Assembly: GCA_964016885.1 (NCBI GenBank)
Contig: OZ024742.1
Location: 254,696,001-254,760,000, forward strand
Direction: 5' to 3'
DNA from: Eledone cirrhosa
Taxonomy: Eukaryota
DNA length: 64,000 nt
The first letter of the stretch is position 1; each line of letters begins with the position of its first letter. Both the position numbers and the translations under genes were made by a program. Of the stretch, positions 1 through 10,899 are shown piece by piece. The notes under the pieces were generated by a model. That model worked only from the letters and a program-made list of their open reading frames with translations. It had not been told where the DNA came from and ran no database searches.

Positions 1-287
1 TTTTTGTGTCTTTAAATGTATTTTCTTTCTTTTTTATTTTTAATGTTCTTTTATTTTAATAATCATTTCTGTCATTAAACTGCCACTATGCTGATGAACC
101 ACCTCGATTTAGTTGCTTATATTGATTTTAGTATTCCTTTATCTCTCTACCTCTCCCCCTCTGTCTCTACCTCCTATCTCTCTCTCTATATATATATACA
201 TATATATATGTATGTGTGTGTGTGCGTGTGTGTGTGTGTGCGTGTGTGTGTATGTGTATAAATTTATTATGGTATATATATATACAA

Positions 288-331
288 TCCTGATCGATCC
301 CTCTTTGGATTTTGGTCTTCATAATTACTAT
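288..331 (+). mobile_element. 3'-terminal fragment of HHR-bearing repeat family E
   Basis: ccctctttggattttggtcttca matches the common 3' end of the copies at 9172, 46748, 53397 and 54843; followed by (TA)n. Confidence 0.6.
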
Positions 332-407
332 ATATATATGTATATATATATATATATTACAAAATAGCAGGAGGCATGTTCTGGTGTAAATCCTTGAAAG
401 GTTTATT

Positions 408-465
408 TTACTATGATCATTTCAATGACCGGGTTCAGTATGAATCCAGTGACATCATCAGGTAA
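408..465 (-). ncRNA. Type I hammerhead ribozyme motif (family A, left arm)
   Basis: Reverse complement of the 610-667 motif. Confidence 0.65.
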
Positions 466-609
466 TTCAAAATATAACGAAGAAATATATGAAATAAAAA
501 TCTTTGGTGCTTAAATCAGAGACAAGAGGGCGGCCGGTATTTTAGTGACTTGTATCTGATTTAAACACCAAAGATTTTTATTTCATATATTCCTTCGTTA
601 TATTTTGAA

Positions 610-667
610 TTACCTGATGATGTCACCGGATTCATACTGAACCCGGTCATTGAAATGATCATAGTAA
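610..667 (+). ncRNA. Type I hammerhead ribozyme motif (family A)
   Basis: ttac-CTGATGA-[helix II tgtcaccggattca tac tgaacccggtcatt]-GAAA-tgatca-TA-gtaa; stem I ttac/gtaa; palindromic helix III atgatcat. Confidence 0.7.
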
Positions 668-1116
668 AATAAACCTTTCAAGGATTTATACCAGAACATG
701 CCTCCTGCTATTTTGTAATAATTAACTCCGTACTCGCACCACCTACTACACAAACGAAGATGGGTGATTGCATTACGTTGAGTGCTTTCCATAAGATTAC
801 ATCGTGGCTGACCACACAGAATGACTAGTTCTATCCAGTAAACCCAAATAAATATATAATAGAGAGAGAGAGAGAAAGAGAGGGAGAGAGAGGGTGAGAA
901 AGGGAAAGAGAGATGGCCTGTGTAGTTGTAGAGTTTGCTACACAACTATGTGCCTTTGGGTTCAATTCTGATGTGTGTTTTTGTGTCTGTGCTTATGTCC
1001 TTTAACTTAGTGGTTCAACAAAAACAAATCAATATGTACCGTACTTCAAATGCTAAGTAGTGAGGTTGATATGATTCATTAAATCAGGATGGTGCCAGTG
1101 TGTGTGGCCGGAGTCA

Positions 1117-1151
<35 letters not shown>

Positions 1152-1227
1152 TTAGAAAGAGATCGAAGTTTCAGTTCAACATATAATATTTGTCATTAAA
1201 TGTAATATCTGCTATTAAAACTAATCC

Positions 1228-1400
1228 CCATGTAGAGACAGAAGTTGTGCCAATCATTATTGGGGTGCTAGGCACATTCCTTAAAGATTTTACGTCTTTC
1301 ACCAAAAGCCTTGGAATCATTGACTTCATTTTAAGTGGCCAAATTTCTACCATCTATACCACATACTGAGCCTCTGAGATCAGCGACTGATCTGAAGCCA
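1228..1400 (+). mobile_element. R4/Dong-like (RLE-type) non-LTR retrotransposon 3' fragment
   Basis: Plus frame reads HVETEVVPIIIGVLGTF..., resembling the VPIVIGALG motif at the end of RLE endonucleases. Confidence 0.55.
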
Positions 1401-1965
1401 GTTAACACACTTCAACTAGCGACCAATTTCTTGAGAAAACTTCTTTTTTTTTAAATGATTATTATTAAAAAATTTATTTCCTTGATGTGAGAAAAAACTT
1501 TATCTTGCAATATTTTCACTCTGATATATTAAACAATACCAAATAATTCAAGAAATTGAGACATTGATAATGAAATGCCACTCATGGTGGTGGAATTTTT
1601 TTACAGTTATTTAAATTTAATCAACAAACATGGTGCATACATACATACATACGTACATACATACATGTCTACATACATATATACAGACATGTGTATATAT
1701 ATATATATACATACATACATCTATATACACACTTGCAATTGCATATGACAATAAATATGGCAATATCAACAAAACATTTTCAAACACACACAGAGACTTT
1801 ATAACAAACAAATATATATGAAGTCATATATGTCTGTATGTGTGTGTCTATAAATGTATGAAACATATATATATATATATATAAATGTTCTACTATGGGA
1901 GGGTCATGCTGCCGATAAAAACCACATGTACCTGTTGAATTTCACTTCAATTTATTATTATAATT

Positions 1966-2183
1966 GCCCAAGGGTGGTGGATTGGCAGTATCGGTAGAGC
2001 GTCGGTCACTATGCTTCATGGCATAGTTATGTCCCTTTATGGTCTGAGTTCAAATCCTGCTGAGGTTAGCTTTACCTTTCATCCTTACGGGGTCAATAAA
2101 ATAAAGTACCAGTAAGGCACTGGGGTCGATTTAATTGACTTTCCCCTCCCCCAAAATTACTGGTTTTGTGCCTAATGTAGAAG
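1966..2183 (+). mobile_element. tRNA-derived SINE with Nin/Deu-like central domain
   Basis: A/B-box-like head (tggcagtatcgg; gagttcaaatcc); core tttcatccttacggggtcaataaaataaagtacc; flanking direct repeat ttattattataa (1952-1963, 2184-2195). Confidence 0.75.
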
Positions 2184-3525
2184 TTATTATTATAACTCCC
2201 CAGTTGGTTAGTTTAATAACCAAGTGGTTGTTTAGTTGTTGATTGACATCAAATCTCTTTGATTACACATTCTATGACGTCACACCTTCTTTAATAGAAA
2301 ATCATATGCTCAAGAAGAGGGGGTGACCATTGCTGGTGATGTGGCCAACCTTTTATAGTATGGTGGGACAGGTGACTCAAAGAACGCTTAGAAGTGAACT
2401 ATAGCCCTGACTATATACTCCTGCTACATAGACAACACCAATTAAGTAGTTAAAACACCCTCACAGGAGAACAGTAAGAATTAGAAAGAAACAACATGGA
2501 AGGCATCCAGCAAATAGCAAACTCCATCCACCAGGGTATTAAAGTTACCGTAGACTACCCAACCAAACACCCCAATAAGAGCCTACCTGTGTACTAAAGG
2601 CACAGTAATTTGGTTAGAAACCATTAGTAATAATGCACAGATCCTCGATTCACATTATGCTAAACCATGGCCTCCAAGTACCTGATCCACCAAAACTTAG
2701 CCATTTTGGTTAACATGAAAGTCAACATGCTAATTGCAAACTTAGTAAGAGTAATGAAGAATGTATCCCACATTTGTGATTCTAAAGAATTAGAGAGTGA
2801 CATACAACAATTCATCCACTGCATGCAGTTCTCTGACTACAATCAGAGAGACAAGATCAGGGTGTATAAAGAAGCCAGGGCCAAATGGATAAATATTATA
2901 GAATATGATACAATGCATAGGAGCAAATTTGGAATAGGATCGAGAACACTAAGAAAAAGACAAATAAGATCATGGTATAACAACAAATATGGTATAAAGA
3001 CAAATAACTCATGGTATAACAGCAACAAATATCAGAGTGTAATGTTTGTCAATGCTATCCACAGGAGAAAACTAGCATATAGATTTATAAGGGCTCTAGA
3101 CAAATTGAATATTATATTAGTAGAAAAAATAGGTATTCCTATAAAAACACTAATTAGTAGAACATAGCATTTTGAGAAAAGCCCCTACACTGACAGAAAA
3201 TTTATAGTCTGCAGATTAATCCAACAAATTAACTGTAAAACTAGGAATGTATTATATAGCATAAGATGTATAAAGTGACAGTATAGGAATAGAAACACAA
3301 CATATATAGGTGAGATGACCCATAGCATAGGAGAAATAATTAAAAAAATGCTGGCGAGAATTCCAAGATGGGAAAAACTCATCAGTACTCCATCAATATG
3401 CCAGTATGGAACAAGGACAAGATACAAACATGCAGAGGCACACAAACACGAAACTAATAAAACAAACCAGACACACAGAGATAGAACAAGTAACCAACTA
3501 GTTACAAGTAAATAAATGTATAAAG

Positions 3526-5292
3526 AACTGATTCTGGCTTGGTTTCTATAGCTGGATGCCTTTCCTAATGCATTTTATCATGACACCTACATGACCACTT
3601 TACAGTGTGTGCTGGGTGCTTTTTATCAAGATACCAACATGACAACTTTGCAGTGTGGGCTGGGGACTGGTGCAAGGGTGTAAGGGCATGGGAAAAGGGT
3701 GGTGTGACCAGATGTGGGTGGGTGTTATGGTGTGAGAGGTGTATGCAGGGGGGGGGGGGGGCGTGGTTAAGTGATGCATGCTAAATATATGTTTCAGTTC
3801 ATGCATATGGGAAGGCGGGTCTTCTGTATTACTGCATGCTAAAGTTAATCCTGTGTCATTGTCTTTGAGAAGTGTAATTGTTCAAGGTCAGCTTTTATCA
3901 CCTTGTGCCAGGTCTTCCAGGGTTTTCCTACTCCATAATTCCATTAACTTTGATTGCCCTGCACCTTTATATACAGCTGTCCTCCTTCATATACCTCACA
4001 TGGCCATACCAATGCAATCTCCTCTCTCACACACTGCATCTGATCCTTCTTTTGTTCAATTTTTCTCTCAGTTCATTTACGCTTTGCCATTCATATATAT
4101 ATATTACTATTACTCATCCATCAGAGCATGCAGACTTCATTTCTTTCCAATCTTCGTTGGTCCTCTGCACCAAGTGCCTAGGTGTCACTACTATGCAACA
4201 TTGCTGTTCATATACATTGTACAATCTGTCCTTCATTTTAAAGAAAAAAAACCTTTTGTAGATATCAGCAGTAGTAGTGCCCTGAAATTTCTCTATCCTG
4301 TCTTACTCTGGCTACTGTATTTTTGAAACATCCCTGCTCCACTGCTAATTTAGTTACTTAGGTAACAGAAACTGTCAACTATTTTTACCGAGCCCTCTGG
4401 GCATTTGAATGAGCTAGTATCCTGTGGGCTCTTGTTATTTACTGCACCTGTGCATCAGCCACATATAAAGCCTATGTTCTTAGATAGCCTGTCTGTGATC
4501 CCACTAAATCTTTTGTGTACCCATAGCTTGCATTTGGGACATAGGGTAGAATTTTTACTTACTCCTCTCCTGCACACTGACCAAGACTATTTCCCTAGGA
4601 GAATCAGGCCCATGCTTCCAGGTTTGGAATTTCTTCTCTAATTCTGCCATAGATTCAGCTATAAAGCTTAGATCATTTGCATACAGAAGTTTCCATGGGC
4701 AGCCAGTTTAAACTCTTCTGTTATAGCCTGTAGGACAATAATAAACAGGAGAGGGCTAAGGACAGAGGCCTGATGGACACTGACATGCAAACTAAATTCT
4801 TCACTAGAGCCATTGTTAATTCTAAATTACTGACTGTTCCTCTATACATTGCTTGTAGACACTCATCTACTGCTAGTATTTTAAGAGCCCACCAGATAGT
4901 GGAATGGGGGACACAGTCAATGACTTTCTCCAGATCAACAAAAGCTAAGTAGTGGTGTTTTACTTTTAGGTAGGTACTTCTCTTGCAGTTGCCTCACAAG
5001 GAAGAGAACATCTGTGGCACTTTTACCACACACAAATCCAAACTGTATGTCATCCAGGTTAACTCAGTCCCTAATCAGCTATATGATAACTCTTTCTGTG
5101 ACCTTCATGATATGGTCAAGCAACTTAATGCCTTGAGAGTTTTCTCTGTCTAGAACATCTCCTTTGCCATTGTAGTAGTTGACAATGATGCTACTATGCC
5201 AAACATTGTGTAGGCCACCGTTTCTTATGACTTGGTTTACAATATGAGTAGTCATGGCATGACCCACCACCCCAGATTATTTCAGCATTTGT
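3526..5292 (-). mobile_element. Degenerate RTE-clade LINE (RT and 3' UTR)
   Basis: Interrupted homology to the 28005-30047 ORF (e.g. NYYNGKGDVLDRENSQGIKLLDHIMKVTE) and to its 3' UTR (gctggatgcc). Confidence 0.85.
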
Positions 5293-5619
5293 TGTGAAAA
5301 AAGGCTATATTTTTCCTGAAAATACTTATTTTGTATATTTCCTGAAGTCTTTGATGACACATGACAGAGTGGATTTAATGTCTAATACCAAATTCTTGAA
5401 GGGAATGATCAGATAATAATATATAAATACATCTATATATTAATAGTGGAAGTTCAGAGAAGATCTTCACCATTTGTATTTTTTCTCTCATTCTCTCATT
5501 CTAGAAACATGTGTAAAATATATATAATTTTTTCAACTTCGATATCCATTCATTATATATATAGAGAGTTTTATATATATATATATATATATATGCATGT
5601 GTCTGTGTGCATTGATTCA

Positions 5620-5671
<52 letters not shown>

Positions 5672-5696
5672 TGTGTGTGTGTGCATTGATTCATAT

Positions 5697-6066
5697 TTGG
5701 TGGATGGGTGCTACACGAGAATGCTGAGGATGGCTCTGAACATTAATCAGTATACACTGAGGATGAAAAACTCAGAGCTGTATGGGAGCATCCCAAAAGT
5801 CAGCTCAAAACTGACACAGAGGAGACTGAGGTTGGCTGGACATGCTCACCGACATCCAGAGTTGACATTGCACTCAGTGCTCCTTTGGGAGCCCCTACAT
5901 GGACACACTAGAATAGGAAGACCAAGGTTAACATATGTTGATGCCCTAAGGACAGACACTGGTCTGTTGGAGATGCAGGATATGGCAGCGATAATGAGGG
6001 ACAGAGACCGCTGGAGAGAACTCGTCCATGGATCTCGGGAATTTTACCCGCCTTAGATAGATAGAT
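5697..6066 (+). mobile_element. 3' fragment of a second RTE-type LINE family
   Basis: DGCYTRMLRMALNI...RRLRLAGH...LLWEP.HG...[10 protein letters not shown]-terminal motifs; (TAGA)n tail. Confidence 0.8.
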
Positions 6067-6093
6067 ATATATATATATAAATATATATATATG

Positions 6094-6140
<47 letters not shown>

Positions 6141-6171
6141 TATGTGTGTATACGTACATACATATATATAT

Positions 6172-6217
<46 letters not shown>

Positions 6218-6390
6218 CGTCCCTTCACGCACAAGGCGCCAAGGGACGCATGTATTGTCCAACCAAGTGCCAATGTGGTTCAATGGCGGGTTAATAAATT
6301 AACGAGCCAGAACAAATATAAACAAGGTTTAGTAAATAATGAAAAAGTTTCAAAATAAATTTTAAAAAATTGACTTTACCTACTATAGTT

Positions 6391-6474
6391 ACCTTTACCG
6401 ATCGGTTTCGAATCCCAAAAATAAAACGGAGACCATACGGCCTTCGTTGCAAAGAAAGATTCTCGTCAGAAGGT
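6391..6474 (-). ncRNA. Type I hammerhead ribozyme (family B, copy 1)
   Basis: acctt-CTGACGA-gaatc...gattc-GAAA-ccgatcgg-TA-aaggt on the minus strand. Confidence 0.85.
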
Positions 6475-6873
6475 TCTTTTCATTCAAAGAATATACAATT
6501 CCTGAATTTAAATCACAAACTAGCGCTATCAAAAACTGTTCCTGGGATGAGAGTGGATGATGTAGAACAGGTTTATCAAGGGCCGTAGCAAAGATAGAGG
6601 CAAAAGGAGGTAGGTCAAACTAGCCACCGCTATTGCTAGCAGCAGTCGGAATGACCCGGTTTGTTCTCAACGTTAGTGGAGGTAGTAGTAATATGAAATA
6701 CGTCCCTTCACGCACAAGGCGCCATGGGACGCATGTATTGTCCAACCAAGTGCCAATGTGGTTCAATGGCGGGTTAATAAATTAACGAGCCAGAACAAAT
6801 ATAAACAAGGTTTAGTAAATAATGAAAAAGTTTCAAAATAAATTTTTAAAAATTGACTTTACCTACTATAGTT

Positions 6874-6957
6874 ACCTTTACCGATCGGTTTCGAATCCCA
6901 AAAATAAAACGGAGACCATACGGCCTTCGTTGCAAAGAAAGATTCTCGTCAGAAGGT
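6874..6957 (-). ncRNA. Type I hammerhead ribozyme (family B, copy 2)
   Basis: Same motif, 483 bp from copy 1. Confidence 0.85.
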
Positions 6958-7356
6958 TCTTTTCATTCAAAGAATATAAAATTCATGAATTTAAATCACA
7001 AACTAGCGCTATCAAAAACTGTTCCTGGGATGAGAGTGGATGATGTAGAACAGGTTTATCAAGGGCCGTAGCAAAGATAGAGGCAAAAGGAGGTAGGTCA
7101 AACTAGCCACCGCTATTGCTAGCAGCAGTCGGAATGACCCGGTTTGTTCTCAACGTTAGTGGAGGTAGTAGTAATATGAAATATGTCCCTTCACGCACAA
7201 GGCGCCAAGGGACGCATGTATTGTCCAACCAAGTGCCAATGTGGTTCAATGGTGGGTTAATAAATTAACGAGCCAGAACAAATATAAACAAGGTTTAGTA
7301 AATAATGAAAAAGTTTCAAAATAAATTTTAAAAAATTGACTTTACCTACTATAGTT

Positions 7357-7440
7357 ACCTTTACTGATCGGTTTCGAATCCCAAAAATAAAACGGAGACC
7401 ATATGGCCTTCGTTGCAAAGAAAGATTCTCGTCAGAAGGT
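7357..7440 (-). ncRNA. Type I hammerhead ribozyme (family B, copy 3)
   Basis: Same motif with one helix III substitution (ccgatcag). Confidence 0.75.
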
Positions 7441-7770
7441 TCTTTTCATTCAAAGAATATAAAATTCCTGAATTTAAATCACAAACTAGCGCTATCAAAA
7501 ACTGTTCCTGGGATGAGAGTGGATGATGTAAAACAGGTTTATCAAGGGCCGTAGCAAAGATAGAGGCAAAAGGGTTGAGAACAAACCGGGTCATTCCGAC
7601 TGCTGCTAGCAATAGCGGTGGCAAGTTTGACCTACCTCCTTTTGCCTCTATCTTTGCTACGGCCCTTGATAAACCTGTTCTACATCATCCACTCTCATCC
7701 CAGGAACAGTTTTTGATAGCGCTAGTTTGTGATTTAAATTCAGGAATTTTATATTCTTTGAATGAAAAGA

Positions 7771-7854
7771 ACCTTCTGACGAGAATCTTTCTTTGCAACG
7801 AAGGCCATATGGTCTCCGTTTTATTTTTGGGATTCGAAACCGATCGGTAAAGGT
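7771..7854 (+). ncRNA. Type I hammerhead ribozyme (family B, copy 4)
   Basis: acctt 7771, CTGACGA 7776-7782, gaatc/gattc, GAAA 7836-7839, ccgatcgg, TA 7848-7849, aaggt. Confidence 0.85.
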
Positions 7855-8253
7855 AACTATAGTAGGTAAAGTCAATTTTTTAAAATTTATTTTGAAACTT
7901 TTTCATTATTTACTAAACCTTGTTTATATTTGTTCTGGCTCGTTAATTTATTAACCCGCCATTGAACCACATTGGCACTTGGTTGGACAATACATGCGTC
8001 CCTTGGCGCCTTGTGCATGAAGGGACGTATTTCATATTACTACTACCTCCACTAACGTTGAGAACAAACCGAGTCATTCCGACTGCTGCTAGCAATAGCG
8101 GTGGCTAGTTTGACCTACCTCCTTTTGCCTCTATCTTTGCTACGGCCCTTGATAAACCTGTTCTACATCATCCACTCTCATCCCAGGAACAGTTTTTGAT
8201 AGCGCTAGTTTGTGATTTAAATTCATGAATTTTATATTCTTTGAATGAAAAGA

Positions 8254-8337
8254 ACCTTCTGACGAGAATCTTTCTTTGCAACGAAGGCCGTATGGTCTCC
8301 GTTTTATTTTTGGGATTCGAAACCGATCGGTAAAGGC
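8254..8337 (+). ncRNA. Type I hammerhead ribozyme (family B, copy 5)
   Basis: Same motif, 483 bp from copy 4. Confidence 0.85.
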
Positions 8338-8407
8338 AACTATAGGAGGTAAAGTCAATTTTTTAAAATTTATTTTGAAACTTTTTCATTATTTACTAAA
8401 CCTTGTT

Positions 8408-8439
<32 letters not shown>

Positions 8440-8617
8440 AATATACATATATATATATATATTTACGAAGCCATAGAAATTCTATGCTCTCACGTTGCTG
8501 ATGTCCTTGCTTTCTTGTAAACAACTTGTCACTTTCTGTTAGGATTTTTTTCTGTCAAGGACACAGAATGAAAGCACAAAAAGCATATTAATATTAATAA
8601 TAATGATGATAATAGTG

Positions 8618-8650
<33 letters not shown>

Positions 8651-8931
8651 TGGTATCAAAAATTGTATAAATACAAAGTAACTGGCATAAATATATCTGA
8701 TTAAATTAAGCGTAAAAGATATTGAACATATATTTCACTTTTCTTTTTATATTTCCTCCTTTAACTTACATTTTCCTTGAGGTAAAAGTGAACAAAACAT
8801 GAGAATATGTATCTATGTACATGTGTAAATTTATATGTCTATAAATGCATGTATGTCTATGTTTTTTTTTCCCCTTCATATTTATGTGTTGTATTGGATA
8901 TTATTTTGTGTTATTATACAGTCCTCTCATA

Positions 8932-8932
<1 letters not shown>

Positions 8933-9016
<84 letters not shown>
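8933..9016. repeat. (CA)n microsatellite
   Basis: Direct reading. Confidence 0.98.
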
Positions 9017-9023
<7 letters not shown>

Positions 9024-9024
9024 G

Positions 9025-9075
9025 GGCTTCCTGATGATTTCTTCTGATTGAAACAGTTCTAGTCCTGTAAAAGCC
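9025..9075 (+). ncRNA. Type I hammerhead ribozyme motif (family D)
   Basis: ggcttc-CTGATGA-tttcttctgatt-GAAA-cag ttctagtc ctg-TA-aaagcc; helix II weak. Confidence 0.6.
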
Positions 9076-9171
9076 ATTTCTATATTAAATATTTATACTC
9101 TGTTATGTATTGAGTACCTTAATTACTGTGGTTACTCCCGATTGAACCCGGGATAAACTTATATATATATC

Positions 9172-9449
9172 GCTTTTTTTCCGATCATTGCCAGGGAACG
9201 TCTCCACGACCCAAAGTATCGTCTTCCTGTTTTCCTTCAGTTGCAACGTTTTTCAAAATATTTACTTCTGCGTTCACAGATTGATTTTTTTTACTTTCAG
9301 AAGATCCCGTTAAGGGTGGAAGCAGCGATACTTTTCTTAAACTTTAATCTGTTATTTTAATAAATATTTGCTCTATGGTTCTTATATATTTGATATATAT
9401 TTATCCTTATTGAGCCCTCTTTGGATTTTAGTCTTCACATTTATTATTG
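9172..9449 (+). mobile_element. Repeat family E with variant HHR-like motif (9294-9342)
   Basis: cttt-CAGAAGA-tccc gttaa gggt-GGAA-gca...TT-aaac; 3' end shared with four other copies. Confidence 0.65.
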
Positions 9450-9730
9450 ATATATATATATATATAAATAGAAAAAAAGAAATTTTATTTCTCACTCTTA
9501 GTACAGCTGATACTTAAAGATAAGTATGTATACGTACATACATATATGTATACAGACGTACAGTAGTATGTATATACATACATACATGCACACATATATA
9601 TATACGTATGTATGGGTTTACCGAACATTTATTATAATGCTTGGTTTGTTTGTAAACAAACAGCCTGAATTATTAGCCATACAGTGTTCGGCAACCATCG
9701 TTGCCCTTTTGTTCAACACTGACAAAGGAA

Positions 9731-9771
9731 CGATGAACTAGTTTCTAGCTTATTAGCTGTCATCAGCACCA
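9731..9771 (-). ncRNA. Minimal type I hammerhead ribozyme (family C, copy 1)
   Basis: tggtg-CTGATGA-cagct aata agcta-GAAA-ctag-TT-catcg. Confidence 0.75.
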
Positions 9772-10158
9772 TATACCTTCCTGTCAGTTGATTGAACGTT
9801 TGAAAGTATATAATTTCCTCATGCATATTAATGGCTGAGCAGCCTAATTTGCATATCGAGTGAGTTAGTCGGCCGGGCGTACCGAAAACGATAAATGGAA
9901 AAAATGAAATTTCATTTCTCACTCTTAGTATGGCTGATACTTAAAGATAAGTATGTATACATAAAATACATATATGTATACAGACGTACAGTAGCATGTA
10001 TATATATACATACATGCACACATATATATATATGTACGTATGGGTTTACCAAACATTTATTATAATGCTCGGTTTGCTTGTAAACAAACAGCCTGAATTA
10101 TTAGCCATACAGTGTTCGGCAACAATCGTTGCCCTTTTGTTCAACACTGACAACGGAA

Positions 10159-10199
10159 CGATGAACTAGTTTCTAGCTTATTAGCTATCATCAGCACTG
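10159..10199 (-). ncRNA. Minimal type I hammerhead ribozyme (family C, copy 2)
   Basis: cagtg-CTGATGA-tagct aata agcta-GAAA-ctag-TT-catcg; perfect helix II. Confidence 0.8.
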
Positions 10200-10614
10200 T
10201 ATACCTTCCTGTCAGTTGATTGAACGTTTGAAAGTATATACTTTCTTTATGCATATTAATGGCTGAGCAGCCTAATTTACATATCGAGTGAGTTAGTTGG
10301 CTGGGCGTACCGAAAACGATAAATGGTAAAAATGAAATTTCATTTCTCACTCTTAGTACGGCTGATACTTAAATATAAGTATGTATACGTACATACATAT
10401 ATGTATACAGACATACAGTAGAATGTATATACATACATACATGCACACATATATATATGTACGTATGGGTTTACCGAACATTATAATGCTCGGTTTGTTT
10501 TCGGTACACCCGGCAGACTAACTCACTCGATATGCAAATTAGGCTGCTCACCCGTTAATATGCATAAGGAAAGTATATATTTTCAAACGTTCAGTCAACT
10601 GACAGGAAGGTATA

Positions 10615-10655
10615 CAGTGCTGATGACAGCTAATAAGCTAGAAACTAGTTCATTG
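10615..10655 (+). ncRNA. Minimal type I hammerhead ribozyme (family C, inverted copy)
   Basis: cagtg-CTGATGA-cagct aata agcta-GAAA-ctag-TT-cattg. Confidence 0.75.
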
Positions 10656-10867
10656 TCCCTTTGTCAGTGTTGAACAAAAGGGCAACAATGGTTGCCGAAC
10701 ACTGTACGGCTAATAATTTGGGCTGTTTGTTTACAAGCAAACCGAGCATTATAATAAATGTTTGGTAAACCCATATGTACATATATATATGTGTGCATGT
10801 ATGTATGTATATACATACTACTGTACGTTTGTATACATATATGTATGTACGTATACATACTTATCTT

Positions 10868-10898
<31 letters not shown>

Positions 10899-10899
<1 letters not shown>

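Larger units (their letters stand above)
355..720. repeat. Fold-back palindrome (172-bp arms, 22-nt loop) with one HHR per arm
   Basis: 355-526 is the reverse complement of 549-720 with about 5 mismatches. Confidence 0.95.
6209..8412. mobile_element. Retrozyme-like tandem array, 483-bp unit: ~2.8 units then ~1.7 inverted units (junction 7573/7574), flanked by (TA)n
   Basis: Units start at 6211, 6694 and 7177; 7574-8412 is the reverse complement; one HHR per unit. Confidence 0.9.
9479..10869. mobile_element. Retrozyme-like tandem array, ~428-bp unit: ~2.4 units then ~0.9 inverted unit (junction ~10497-10500)
   Basis: Units start at 9479, 9906 and 10334; 10497-10869 is the reverse complement; flanked by (TA)n. 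Confidence 0.88.

Noticed and set aside
6370-8358. Five copies of a 72-aa ORF (MTLPTIVTF...) and the 91-aa ORF at 7575
   Set aside because: By-products of the repeat. The 72-aa ORF starts at TTG and is antisense to the HHR; the 91-aa frame has a TAG stop in the other units
6209-10869. CRISPR-like or satellite-only interpretation of the tandem arrays
   Set aside because: No repeat-spacer alternation or cas genes; eukaryotic context; units are fully repeated
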